Part shown: positions 9,664-18,935 of the stretch, in pieces
Layout of the letters: each line of letters begins with the position of its first letter
Numbering within the stretch: position 1 is the first letter of the stretch
Origin: a virus
Lineage: Duplodnaviria > Heunggongvirae > Uroviricota > Caudoviricetes
Direction: 5' to 3' (one strand)
IMG/VR virus record: IMGVR_UViG_2585427777_000008
Span: 1 to 63,513 of that record
DNA: 63,513 nucleotides
Translations under genes and position numbers: made by a program
The notes under the pieces: model-generated
Databases searched by the model: none
Seen by the model: only the letters and a program-made list of their open reading frames with translations
Told to the model about the DNA's origin: nothing

Positions 9664-10154
9664 TTTACGTAAAAGTGAAACGCCTACATCCGGCAGCAAA
9701 ACTTCCAGCTTATGCCACCTCCGGATCGGCGGCGATGGATTTTGAGGCTGTTGAAATAAAACCATGCGTCGATAGCAATGGTGCAATTTCCTCAAGCTGG
9801 TGGGTGTATACCGGACTGGCTATGGAGATCCCGCCCGGCTGGTGTCTGAAACTCTATCCGCGATCCGGATTGGGCTGCAAAAAACATACTCGCCTGGCTA
9901 ACTGCGTAGGAATTATCGACTCCGATTATCGCGGTGAAATCATGGCAAAACTGATTACTGATCCCGGCGGGGAAGGCGTTTGTCTCAAGCCTGGAATGGC
10001 TGTCATGCAAGGCATTTTTGAGCGTGTTGAACAAGTCTCACTAGTCGAGGTTGAGGAACTCAACGAAACGGAACGTGGTGCTGGTGGCTTTGGTAGCACA
10101 TCGGAAGGCCACTTTGAAATTAAGCGTTCACCGCTTCAGTACGAAAAGTTATAA
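9660..10154 (+). CDS. dut: dUTP diphosphatase (dUTPase)
   Basis: 164 aa with trimeric-dUTPase motifs GIIDSDYRGEI and C-terminal RGAGGFGSTS. Confidence 0.85.
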   Translation: MIYVKVKRLHPAAKLPAYATSGSAAMDFEAVEIKPCVDSNGAISSSWWVYTGLAMEIPPGWCLKLYPRSGLGCKKHTRLANCVGIIDSDYRGEIMAKLITDPGGEGVCLKPGMAVMQGIFERVEQVSLVEVEELNETERGAGGFGSTSEGHFEIKRSPLQYEKL

Positions 10155-10168
10155 GCAGAGAAAAGACT

Positions 10169-10846
10169 ATGAATAACATGGCAACGAAAGAGCTTTTTAA
10201 GTTCCTTCCCAAATACAAAGCTCACAAAAACGTTAGTGCATCGAAAATCAAAAATGTTGTTATTTTCGGAGTAACTGATGCCCCACTTTGGGGCTGCATC
10301 GAACTCGTTGAACCAAAAGGGGCAACAGTTTGTGTTGACGCAATGTTTTTACAAAAACACCGACCAAAAACTGGCGGGTATCTGATCGTTTATGAAAACG
10401 GTTATCTGTTCTATGCCCCGGAGAAACCATTTGAGGAACGCTATGGCCTGGTTAACGACGCCTCCAAAAATGGAACCACGGTCATCATTACGGATGACAA
10501 CGGCGTGATGATTAATCTTACCGGGAGCGTAACTATTTCTGCTGGTGGCATCACCACCCAGCAAGAAGAAATCGACCTTGAAGCAGCCGACTTTTCTGAC
10601 GCGCTGATGTGGCTGAAGGATGGCAAGAAAGTTGCTCGACGCGGGTGGAACGGCGAAAACCAATTCTGCTGGCTGGTTCCTGAAGGACAGTACCCGGCAC
10701 GAATGGAAGCCATTAAGGGATATTTCCCCGGCGACCTCGTTCCGTATGGTGCTTATTTCGCCTTAAAAAATGCACAAGGTGTAGTTGTTCCGTGGGTTCC
10801 TTCTGTAGGCGACTTACTGGCATGTGACTGGTTTGTAGTGGAGTGA
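10169..10846 (+). CDS. hypothetical protein with DUF2829-like C-terminal region
   Basis: 225 aa; C-terminal segment (ALMWLKDGKKVARRGWNG...GAYFALKNAQGVVVPWVPS) resembles a phage-associated domain of unknown function. Confidence 0.45.
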   Translation: MNNMATKELFKFLPKYKAHKNVSASKIKNVVIFGVTDAPLWGCIELVEPKGATVCVDAMFLQKHRPKTGGYLIVYENGYLFYAPEKPFEERYGLVNDASKNGTTVIITDDNGVMINLTGSVTISAGGITTQQEEIDLEAADFSDALMWLKDGKKVARRGWNGENQFCWLVPEGQYPARMEAIKGYFPGDLVPYGAYFALKNAQGVVVPWVPSVGDLLACDWFVVE

Positions 10847-10852
10847 TTTGAC

Positions 10853-11620
10853 ATGGAAAGCACCAAAACAATTCAATACCGCTTGCGTAATGGCCTGCTG
10901 GTGGCTGTTAACGCCGACATGTCACTGCCGTTTGACACGATTGAACGCACTATCATGACGTATCTCGGCTTTAATGAAGAGCTGAATGAAGAGCATGGCG
11001 TAGCTATATGGAGTGATGCAGACAGCGGCGTTCGTCGTTACATCACCGCCAGGGGCAAAGACTACTCTCTGGAAGAACTGTTTACCCTTGCGCAGTCTTT
11101 CGAATGTGTAGCATTAGACCTGTTTAATGATCCTGCTATAGCGCAACGACTTATACGCGAGCTTGGGCTATCCGTTACACCAATTATCTTTAAAAATGGC
11201 AGCCTGACTGGCACATGGCGCGTAGAACGCATCTCAAACTACCTTCCATATAACCGACAGTTAAATGGAGTAATCTCCGGCGTTAATCAGCCCGTAGCGT
11301 GTGAAAATGTAAACCTAGTTGTCGCTGTTTTGGCAACCGCATGTCGTGTTATCGGTTTGGCTAAACAGGCATTTATTCATTTCCCAAATGGTGCAGAAGG
11401 TAGCGCAGAGATTATCGCGTGTGATTTCGAATTTACCTGGATGCTACGCGAATATCTGGACCAAACAGTATTCCGTGCCGAAGAACTGGATATGTATATC
11501 ACGTCAACGATTCCAGACGATGTGCGAGCTGAAGCAATCGCTACAGCCAGGGCGAAATGCCGTGCGGCAATTGCAGAACAGGCCAAAGAAAAAGTTAAGG
11601 AAGTGGCAGATGGCGACTAA
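10853..11620 (+). CDS. hypothetical protein
   Basis: 255-aa ORF; its stop overlaps the start of the PacB paralog. Confidence 0.5.
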   Translation: MESTKTIQYRLRNGLLVAVNADMSLPFDTIERTIMTYLGFNEELNEEHGVAIWSDADSGVRRYITARGKDYSLEELFTLAQSFECVALDLFNDPAIAQRLIRELGLSVTPIIFKNGSLTGTWRVERISNYLPYNRQLNGVISGVNQPVACENVNLVVAVLATACRVIGLAKQAFIHFPNGAEGSAEIIACDFEFTWMLREYLDQTVFRAEELDMYITSTIPDDVRAEAIATARAKCRAAIAEQAKEKVKEVADGD

Positions 11621-12704
11621 GAGCAATATTTATAAAGATCCGCGCTGGCTGTCGCTGGTGGAGAAATATAAAGACAATTGGGTACTGGCAGCAAAAGAAT
11701 TGTTTGATATTGATTTAAGCCACCAGCAACAACAAATTGTTGAAGCTATACAGCCCAATAATGCAAAAGCTACTGTCACCACTCCGTATGGGATCGGACG
11801 ACCGCAAGTGCTTGCTGTTATTAGTACCCTTTATACGATTATGTATCCTGATTCCCGGACAGTAATTGTTTATCCAAAATCAAATGTTTGCAAAAGAGGA
11901 ATTGTTGCATATGTGTGGCAATGTTGGGAGGCATTGCTGAAAAAACAACCTTTTATCATTGAGTATTTTAAGGTCGGTGATAGCGGTCTGATGTTCAATG
12001 AATTTTGGGGAATGTGCTTTTGTAACTACCGCCTTAACTATGAAGATAGCATTGCAGGTCACTACGCCGACCATCTTTTATTCATTATTGTGGATTCCGC
12101 ACATATCAGCGATCGGGCATACAGCATTGTGTGGGCAAGCATGACTAGTGGTGATTCACGCATATTGCTCACTTCAATTCCGTCACCAGAGGAAATAGGC
12201 TTTTTTTATGATTCACATCATGGACGTGCTTTAGCTGAAGATAATCCGAGTGGTGTATATAAAGCCATTAAGCTGAGTGCGGAGGATTCACCATTTATTA
12301 CCCAAGAATATCTTGATCATTTTGCCGAAAGGTATGGCGGGCGAAATAGTGATGACTATCGTCGTATGATTCTTGGTGAGTTCCCTGGTATTAGGGAGGC
12401 TGTTCTTGAATCAGATATGCCGAAGACAATGCGCTTTTCGATGCCTGATGGTAGTGAATGGACAATGCCATTACGAGTGATAGCCCGGCATCATGCGCAG
12501 CACCACGCCAAAAAACATGGCGTCACGACATTAGAATGGTTGAAATCGCACACTATTCCACTCTTCACTGCAGATCACAATGCTATCGTTGAGTGGGCAA
12601 AAACAATTCCGTGGGAGCATGTCGCTGAATATGCTCACATGCTAAAACCGCCGAAAGACAGGCACGAAATTAGCTGGCTGACAGCCGAAAAAATCATTGA
12701 ATGA
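11610..12704 (+). CDS. PacB-like paralog with degenerate ATPase motifs and no nuclease domain
   Basis: Start taken at the ATG at 11610 (MATKSNIYKDPRWL), not the overlapping upstream ATG. Aligns with the PacB N-terminal half (DPRW, SHQQQ, YFYDSHH) but Walker A is PYGIGRP and Walker B is LFIIVDSAH; the C-terminus is unrelated to the PacB nuclease region. Confidence 0.6.
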   Translation: MATKSNIYKDPRWLSLVEKYKDNWVLAAKELFDIDLSHQQQQIVEAIQPNNAKATVTTPYGIGRPQVLAVISTLYTIMYPDSRTVIVYPKSNVCKRGIVAYVWQCWEALLKKQPFIIEYFKVGDSGLMFNEFWGMCFCNYRLNYEDSIAGHYADHLLFIIVDSAHISDRAYSIVWASMTSGDSRILLTSIPSPEEIGFFYDSHHGRALAEDNPSGVYKAIKLSAEDSPFITQEYLDHFAERYGGRNSDDYRRMILGEFPGIREAVLESDMPKTMRFSMPDGSEWTMPLRVIARHHAQHHAKKHGVTTLEWLKSHTIPLFTADHNAIVEWAKTIPWEHVAEYAHMLKPPKDRHEISWLTAEKIIE

Positions 12705-12749
12705 TATCAACAAAAAGCCCGCCTGGTCTGGCGGGCTTCTTTATGCGCC

Positions 12750-13139
12750 TTAAATCACAGGTCTATAATCAAACTCCCCACTTCGGGCATCATTAATGAC
12801 ATGAGTGATCACACCAAAAACAGCATTACTGCCCGTGCATCCATCGTCATCTACTGGTAACGCCTCTTTCTTCCCGGTGCTTAAATCCTCCAGGTGCTGG
12901 CGCGGATATTTCCTGTATCTCTTTATGCGATATTCACCCTCCATAGCGCATATAAGCAGTGAACCATCAACCGGAGTAAGTGAGGAATCAACCACCAGCA
13001 AAGCACCTTGCAATATTCCCTCACGGTGATGGCTGTCTGCCGCCCGCATGAAGTAGGTCGCGGAAGGATGTCTGATTAGTTGCTGATCAAGAGAAATGCG
13101 GCTCTCTGCATAATCCGCCGCAGGAGAAGGGAAGCCCAT
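12750..13139 (-). CDS. humD: UmuD'-like SOS mutagenesis protein (HumD-like, S24 peptidase fold)
   Basis: 129 aa starting GFPSPAADY, colinear with the processed UmuD' form (HPSATYF...VFGVITHVI). Confidence 0.85.
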   Translation of the reverse strand: MGFPSPAADYAESRISLDQQLIRHPSATYFMRAADSHHREGILQGALLVVDSSLTPVDGSLLICAMEGEYRIKRYRKYPRQHLEDLSTGKKEALPVDDDGCTGSNAVFGVITHVINDARSGEFDYRPVI

Positions 13140-13262
13140 AGCGTTTTACCTTAATGATACTGTTTATTCATACAGTATACATTGAAAAGGCATAGTTTGT
13201 GAAAGCGGGGTTTGTAGGCGCGCCACGCTGGGGGCTAATCACATTTCTCCCCCATCTTGCCG

Positions 13263-13529
13263 TTATTTTTTTGGTGCATCCTCGTTCTGATACACCGGAT
13301 CGCTCCCTTTTGGCAACTGGAGGCTTAACTGCCGGTAGTGCCGTAGCCGTTCCATGAAATAGGTGCGCAGATTCTCTGGTTGCTCGCGGGCTACCTGTTC
13401 AGCTATGACAGGTATGTTCAATCGCTCTTTGTACGCCACACCGCTGGCAGCCAGATCAACGTTAACCTTATCCCGTTCTTCCTGACTTTTGGCTGCAATA
13501 TTCCAGTCGCTCATGTTTAAGGCTCGCAT
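13263..13529 (-). CDS. hypothetical protein
   Basis: 88-aa ORF at the distal end of the long minus-strand operon. Confidence 0.4.
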   Translation of the reverse strand: MRALNMSDWNIAAKSQEERDKVNVDLAASGVAYKERLNIPVIAEQVAREQPENLRTYFMERLRHYRQLSLQLPKGSDPVYQNEDAPKK

Positions 13530-13789
13530 TTCCAGATGGTATTCTGAACGCCTGTTCCGGGCGCAAGATGAGGATTAGCGTTAGCACTATGCTGATATAC
13601 GGCTTTAGACTTTCCGTATTGCTGGCAGGCTTTATCCGCTGTTTTTTGCAGGCTATCCAGGCCATACCAACCATCTGACTGGATGCTAACCTTTTCTCCG
13701 TCATTGTATTGCACCATAGCACACCCAGACATAGCCAACATCGCACCGACAATAACGCTTTTACCTAAAAATCTACGCAACATATACAA
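13517..13789 (-). CDS. putative lipoprotein
   Basis: 90 aa; N-terminal signal-like segment ending in a lipobox-like LAMSGC. Confidence 0.5.
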   Translation of the reverse strand: MYMLRRFLGKSVIVGAMLAMSGCAMVQYNDGEKVSIQSDGWYGLDSLQKTADKACQQYGKSKAVYQHSANANPHLAPGTGVQNTIWKCEP

Positions 13790-13886
13790 AAATCCCCTCT
13801 GTGAATTGAGGGGATTTTAGCATGGTGATCAGATATCAGCTTTATTCAGAATTTTACCCACCAGCTATGTGATTTTTTCTGACAGG

Positions 13887-14726
13887 TCATCTTTTATACT
13901 TGCACTTATGACATGCGAATCTCCACTGTTCATGGTCAAAGCACCAGAATACTTCCCTGGGCAGATTGTGTTTTTTCATTTGCGCCAGCACGTGCGTTGG
14001 CGTATTTGCGGGGATTTCTGGTAGCAAAGCCTTAGCCATTTCATGAATTAACATAGCATCTATTACCCCAAGCGTATGCCCCGCCTTAATCTTTAATGCG
14101 GTTTCAAGATGGCCCCTTTCCAGAGTTGTACTCACTCTTGGCTTCGGCGCTTGTGGATGGGTATCCAGACGGTTGCCAGATTCATAGGCTACCCGCAGCC
14201 AGTGCATGAATGTTTCCGTAGACACACAACCGCAGTCCTGGTCGATTTTTTCGTGTTGCTGCCCCAGCCACTGCTCAAAATTTAACTTGTTGGATGCTTC
14301 TAGAGCCTCTTCGTATTGTTTGCGCGAAATTATTTCCGTGTATTCCTCACGATCAAGGTTACTTATCGGGAGTCTGACCTCAAGGCAAAAATGGCGTCCT
14401 CGCAGGCTTTTTGCTGGGTCAGAGCCAAAAGCAAAGAGGCCATATGATGGTTCATACTCGTCCTCTCTAACCATGCGACAATCGAGCACATCATCAGGCC
14501 ACCCTCCACGCTTTGGCAGCTCCTGCACCAACAAGTCAATCAGCTTTATGGTTTCACCATCCTTGCAGGTTGCTAACGCTATTTTGGCAAGCTCCAACAC
14601 CTCATCTGCCGTATATCCAGCACCGTGTCCATACATTTCGATGCGTGCAATAATCTCTGATATGCGCAATTTAGTGATTCTGGTCATTTCTTGTTGCTCC
14701 ATTTCTTTTCGCATTCTTTGGTCCAA
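13887..14726 (-). CDS. hypothetical protein with C-terminal Cys/His cluster
   Basis: 279 aa; C-terminus WCFDHEQWRFACHKCKYKR suggests a small metal-binding knuckle. Confidence 0.45.
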   Translation of the reverse strand: MDQRMRKEMEQQEMTRITKLRISEIIARIEMYGHGAGYTADEVLELAKIALATCKDGETIKLIDLLVQELPKRGGWPDDVLDCRMVREDEYEPSYGLFAFGSDPAKSLRGRHFCLEVRLPISNLDREEYTEIISRKQYEEALEASNKLNFEQWLGQQHEKIDQDCGCVSTETFMHWLRVAYESGNRLDTHPQAPKPRVSTTLERGHLETALKIKAGHTLGVIDAMLIHEMAKALLPEIPANTPTHVLAQMKKHNLPREVFWCFDHEQWRFACHKCKYKR

Positions 14727-15058
14727 TTTTCAATGTTCCTTTTGGCAATATCAGTCATTCCATCACCTAAGAAATACTTATTCCGGTATGCCTTGCACTT
14801 AAACCACACTACAACAGCCACCAGCCAGAAAATAAAAGGCCAAAAAACAATTCCAACGAGTGAGACAATAAAGCCAAATATCCACAAATGAAGCTCGCCT
14901 ACTTCTGTTTCCGGTAATATCTTTAAAGAGTTAAGCAGCAGGATGAATGAATGGTCGTATGCATTTGCGGCATAAGACATGCAATCCATATAATTAAAGT
15001 CATAGCCTGCGGCTGCCGCCCATAATGGACGGTCAAGAAAATGTTTGAATGTCATCAT
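14684..15058 (-). CDS. putative membrane protein
   Basis: 124 aa with a long hydrophobic stretch (LWIFGFIVSLVGIVFWPFIFWLVAVVVWF). Confidence 0.45.
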   Translation of the reverse strand: MMTFKHFLDRPLWAAAAGYDFNYMDCMSYAANAYDHSFILLLNSLKILPETEVGELHLWIFGFIVSLVGIVFWPFIFWLVAVVVWFKCKAYRNKYFLGDGMTDIAKRNIENWTKECEKKWSNKK

Positions 15059-15140
15059 ATAAAATTACTCAATTACACAGTGTTGCAGCCCCCTGCCGTA
15101 ACGACAGGGGTAATAATATTGCTGGTGGTTTGAATCTTTC

Positions 15141-15299
15141 TCATGAAAGAATAAAAGCTAACATGCCCGCGAGTAATAAGGTGTCACCAACCATTACGCC
15201 GCAGTTCTCCGTTCCCCATTCTACGCCACCAGCTAAAGCAACAAAAAAGCCACAAACACAGACAAATAAAAACGTAGACCAAAACTTTTTATTTTTCAT
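15141..15299 (-). CDS. possible small membrane protein (52 aa)
   Basis: ATG overlaps the stop of the upstream gene (TAATG); translation MKNKKFWSTFLFVCVCGFFVALAGG... has two hydrophobic segments. Not in the ORF track. Confidence 0.3.
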   Translation of the reverse strand: MKNKKFWSTFLFVCVCGFFVALAGGVEWGTENCGVMVGDTLLLAGMLAFILS

Positions 15300-15592
15300 T
15301 ACGGATTGCTCCAGTTATCTTCAATAGCAATACTTAATCTCTGTAGCCATTCTGCTAATTTAAGCATTGCTTCTCTTTCGCTTAAACCACGCGGAAAATC
15401 ATCAAGCGCTATTGTTGGCTTGAAGTTACCAAAATTATCCATTTCAACGGTAAGATTTTGCTCCAGCACGGTATTCCTTACGCGGCTATTGTGCCGGAGC
15501 AAATATACTGAGCGTGATTTATTGGTTTTGTGGTCTAACGTATATTCGGTAAGTATCATCTGGCTTCTGCCATGACTATTACCACGCCACAT
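15299..15592 (-). CDS. hypothetical protein
   Basis: 97-aa ORF in the operon. Confidence 0.4.
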   Translation of the reverse strand: MWRGNSHGRSQMILTEYTLDHKTNKSRSVYLLRHNSRVRNTVLEQNLTVEMDNFGNFKPTIALDDFPRGLSEREAMLKLAEWLQRLSIAIEDNWSNP

Positions 15593-15604
15593 AATTACTC
15601 CGTG

Positions 15605-16045
15605 TTAATAAGAGAAATAGACCGTTGCAACACTGTTATATTGGTCGAACGAAATAGCATTTACTTCATAGCTGGTGGGCAGCTTCTTACCAAGAATGTA
15701 GCCAGGCCATGAGTTCCACGGAATTTCTGTTCGGTCGTCGTCTTGCCACATTACACAACCAAGAGAACCAACCATTTCGCTATTCCTCTTTCCGCAAGTA
15801 ACAAAGCCTATATTCGGTTTTGATTGTGTGACTGATACCGTGGTGGTGTTTGCGGAAGCATTGGTTGCAGCACGCCGCGCTTGCTCGCTGGCGATAGAAG
15901 CATTTACTGCCGCCGTGGTCGCCGCTGTTGCCGCCGCTGTTGCCGCCGCTGTTGCCGCCGCTCCAGCGGCAATAACTGACGCGTGGGATAAATGACTGGC
16001 TGATAACATAGCCAGAAAAATAATAGCTCTTTGAAATTTAGCCAT
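15605..16045 (-). CDS. putative secreted protein with (AAAT)n low-complexity repeat
   Basis: 146 aa with an N-terminal signal-like segment; repeat AAATAAATAAATAATTAA encoded by a 12-bp tandem DNA repeat. Confidence 0.5.
   Translation of the reverse strand: MAKFQRAIIFLAMLSASHLSHASVIAAGAAATAAATAAATAATTAAVNASIASEQARRAATNASANTTTVSVTQSKPNIGFVTCGKRNSEMVGSLGCVMWQDDDRTEIPWNSWPGYILGKKLPTSYEVNAISFDQYNSVATVYFSY
15918..15962. repeat. 12-bp tandem repeat (GTTGCCGCCGCT, about 3.7 copies) inside a coding region
   Basis: Direct tandem copies read on the + strand; in-frame, so copy-number change would alter repeat length without a frameshift. Confidence 0.6.
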
Positions 16046-16319
16046 TGATATTAACCTTTATCGCAAATACCTTAACCGGATTCTCTCCAAAGTGCGGATG
16101 TGTAATTGTCTTTATTTCATACCCTTCATACGGGACGTCTATTCTGCGACTGGAATCGTCGCGCTTCGGATATCCCTTTGTGATAATCAGGCGGTCATAT
16201 TCCCGGAACATGATTCGCTTATTCCAGTAGCCATTACACAAGCGATACTCTTCCGTTTTCTCTCCGCGAATCATGGCATCGAAGTATTCACCTTTGACGG
16301 CAAGTTGCAGGTTAGCCAC
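16038..16319 (-). CDS. ASCH/PUA-like domain protein
   Basis: 93 aa; N-terminal LAVKGEYFDAMIRGEKTEEYR resembles the ASCH-type G-x-K-x-x-E-x-R signature. Confidence 0.45.
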   Translation of the reverse strand: MANLQLAVKGEYFDAMIRGEKTEEYRLCNGYWNKRIMFREYDRLIITKGYPKRDDSSRRIDVPYEGYEIKTITHPHFGENPVKVFAIKVNING

Positions 16320-17115
16320 GGTTAACCTCCTGCGGCGGCTCTGGTAGTGGCATCCAATTGATTACATCGCATTCAGGGATGCTGATATCATCACCAAGCC
16401 ACCCTTGACCTTCAGACCAGCATTGCACGTAATACCCGTATTCTGTGTTCACTACGCACCACTGCGCGTCGTTCGGCATTCGCTCACTACAGCTTATCCA
16501 ACTATCCGGAGTTACCGGATAGTTGCGCATTGCGACCTTTAATGCCTCATAGAAGCAACCTTTCAGATTGTTGAACTGACGCCCATTAAGAGGGCCGTGT
16601 TCAGTAAGCATGTTGCGTAATTTCCATGCCGCGTCGTTTACTTCGTTGGATGACAGGGGAGGCAACTTGTAAGTTTGGCTTACAGGTTCGGCACCATGAA
16701 GCATGGCGCCGCTCCGCTCTATGCCATCCAGCGCGATTCGCAGTGCCTGAATTGTGGTAGAGCTATCGTTTGGGGCTATTCCATATCGCTCGAATACAGC
16801 TAAATGGTTGCGCATAATCTCAGGCGTAAGCTCTTTGTAAGCATAAGCAAGAGGCTCTGATGCATTATCCGGCACAACCGACGCAGGCGCGGCAGCATAA
16901 ACAGGAATAACGTCCGCTTGCTCTTTATTGCTTTCATCCGTTAAAGCCCAGAATAATTTCCCGGCCGGATGTTTGAAAATATAAGCAACTGGATCTGCTT
17001 CCAGCGATGCCAGTGCAATTTCATAAGCACGGCGCTCAATATTGTCTCGAACGTCCAGGCTGCTGATACGCTCTTTGATTTCTTTAATCAGTTCTTTGTC
17101 GGTGAAAGTGGTCAT
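16312..17115 (-). CDS. hypothetical protein with DUF551-like Cys/Trp-rich C-terminus
   Basis: 267 aa; C-terminal WISCSERMP...WCVV...CWSEGQGW pattern typical of a prophage domain of unknown function. Confidence 0.45.
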   Translation of the reverse strand: MTTFTDKELIKEIKERISSLDVRDNIERRAYEIALASLEADPVAYIFKHPAGKLFWALTDESNKEQADVIPVYAAAPASVVPDNASEPLAYAYKELTPEIMRNHLAVFERYGIAPNDSSTTIQALRIALDGIERSGAMLHGAEPVSQTYKLPPLSSNEVNDAAWKLRNMLTEHGPLNGRQFNNLKGCFYEALKVAMRNYPVTPDSWISCSERMPNDAQWCVVNTEYGYYVQCWSEGQGWLGDDISIPECDVINWMPLPEPPQEVNRG

Positions 17116-17116
17116 A

Positions 17117-17419
17117 TCACTCTCCTTTTCCCGCTGCTTTCGCCTGCTCTTTAGCGAGTCGCTCCGCTTCTCTGAAATCCCAATCCACTCGATGTGCTAT
17201 ATCAAGTGCAGAACGCACGGTCCGTTCAATTAGCGTATCCAGGTTATCAATTGTCATTGCCATATCTGGATTGCGAGATAAAATCTCCGCCCTCTGAATC
17301 TGCCAGTTGTTGCATGTTTCAAGTAATGAGTTAGCCATATCACTCTCCTTTGATGCGAATGCCAGTGGCGCGTGGCACATTAACTTCCACGATGCGCACT
17401 GTTGGTTTGTACATCTCAA
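17117..17419 (-). CDS. hypothetical protein
   Basis: 100-aa ORF; overlaps the neighbouring ORF by about 80 bp, so the true start is uncertain. Confidence 0.35.
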   Translation of the reverse strand: MRCTNQQCASWKLMCHAPLAFASKESDMANSLLETCNNWQIQRAEILSRNPDMAMTIDNLDTLIERTVRSALDIAHRVDWDFREAERLAKEQAKAAGKGE

Positions 17420-17984
17420 TCGCTGTCAGCCAGTCAGCTCCTGTCATGCGCTTTTCCGCATCGCCATTAGTCCACTGAACCGGTACACCAATAGCCTTCA
17501 TCGCGATTTCTATTTCCCCGGCGATGGCGCTTTTTCCGCAACCAGTAAAACCAGAAACAACGACAAGAACTTCACCTTTGGCTGGTTTTATTTCCCGTGC
17601 TTCCAGTTCTGCTATGCGCTTACTTCCATCCGCGATTACTCCCTCGTAATATTCACGCTGTTCGTTGAGTTTTGATTTTGCCGACTCCAGTTGTTTTGTT
17701 AGTTCCGCAATACGGCAAACATCGTTGATACGCGTTTCCTCTAATGCGTTGATCTCATCCAGTAGTGCCAGCACGGTTTCTGGTCCGGCCAGAAATTTGA
17801 AGGCGTTGAGGGCATCAATATCCACACCGTAATCTTTAAGTTCTTGTTCACTTAACAAATCATCATCAGCTGGCAACATTAACAGGCGTTCCATTGCTGG
17901 AATTGCACGTTCCGCCGCCTCACGCAGTGCCTGGTAATTAATTTCGCTCACTGGTTGCCTCCTTTGCGAAGCTGTTCCGCCCAT
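17340..17984 (-). CDS. Ea22/Ead-like lambdoid early protein (paralog 1)
   Basis: 214 aa; N-terminal INYQALREAAERA signature shared with paralog 2, followed by a coiled-coil. Confidence 0.5.
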   Translation of the reverse strand: MGGTASQRRQPVSEINYQALREAAERAIPAMERLLMLPADDDLLSEQELKDYGVDIDALNAFKFLAGPETVLALLDEINALEETRINDVCRIAELTKQLESAKSKLNEQREYYEGVIADGSKRIAELEAREIKPAKGEVLVVVSGFTGCGKSAIAGEIEIAMKAIGVPVQWTNGDAEKRMTGADWLTAIEMYKPTVRIVEVNVPRATGIRIKGE

Positions 17985-18652
17985 TCTTCAAGGGATTTCT
18001 CCGCATATTCACCAGATAGGCCATCAATCGGATGCGCTTCATTAGCCAACTCTTCTTTCGCTGACAAAATCATGCGTGTAACGTCGAAAACTTCACGCAA
18101 AGACTTATTGATAAATCCGTGATTGAACGCAGCAGCAAGACGGCTGGCGGTATAGTTAATCCCCTCGTTGCGTGCTTCCGCACGAATTTCAGCCAGAAAA
18201 GCATCGGTGGCTGGGGTTTCGCTGTGGTGCAGAGCATCGTTGATAATCATCGCAGCAACTCCGGCCTGCCCTGCATCCGTTACCGACACATGCTCAAGAG
18301 TTACGGCCATTGCGTGTTTCAGTCCGGCGTTCTCTGCCACCAGCGCCGCGATATTAGTTTCAAGCTCTGCAATACGGCACATAGCATCAATATTTGAGTC
18401 CTCCTGACGTTTAATTTCATCCAGTAGTGACAACGCAACTTTTGGTGGGATAGCAGCGATATAACGGGCATTAGCACCAGCATTCCTTTGTCCATCAATG
18501 CCAGGCCAGTCAATAAAGTATCCGCAATGCCTACCCTCAGATGTGCGCGCAGGATAAATGCCGTTATGCCCCGGCAAAATATATGCTACCCATTCATCTT
18601 GCGTTGCCTGCTCCGCTGCCTCGCGCAACTCCTGATAGTTAGTTTCACTCAC
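17948..18652 (-). CDS. Ea22/Ead-like lambdoid early protein (paralog 2)
   Basis: 234 aa starting MSETNYQELREAAEQ; C-terminal region is paralogous to the ORF at 21763..22272. Confidence 0.5.
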   Translation of the reverse strand: MSETNYQELREAAEQATQDEWVAYILPGHNGIYPARTSEGRHCGYFIDWPGIDGQRNAGANARYIAAIPPKVALSLLDEIKRQEDSNIDAMCRIAELETNIAALVAENAGLKHAMAVTLEHVSVTDAGQAGVAAMIINDALHHSETPATDAFLAEIRAEARNEGINYTASRLAAAFNHGFINKSLREVFDVTRMILSAKEELANEAHPIDGLSGEYAEKSLEEWAEQLRKGGNQ

Positions 18653-18839
18653 TATCTGCTCCTTCCGCTTTCTCTGCTTTATCCGCCATGATTTCCAGCT
18701 TTTGTGCTGCTGATGCCGCTAACATTTGAAATTCTTCATCTGTTTCAACTGGAATTGGTACAAACCTGACTCCAATTTGAGCAAGGCTATGCGCCATCTC
18801 TAGACTTGCTCTTAACTCTGCTGGTGAGGCTTTATTCAT
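18645..18839 (-). CDS. hypothetical small protein
   Basis: 64-aa ORF coupled to neighbours. Confidence 0.3.
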   Translation of the reverse strand: MNKASPAELRASLEMAHSLAQIGVRFVPIPVETDEEFQMLAASAAQKLEIMADKAEKAEGADSE

Positions 18840-18935
18840 TTGGCTTCCCCCTTCCGATACATCATGATTACCAGGCCTCCATTTGTAGTAATGCGGATGG
18901 TGCTGCCTGGCTCCATGCTCATGCCTTTATCCCAA

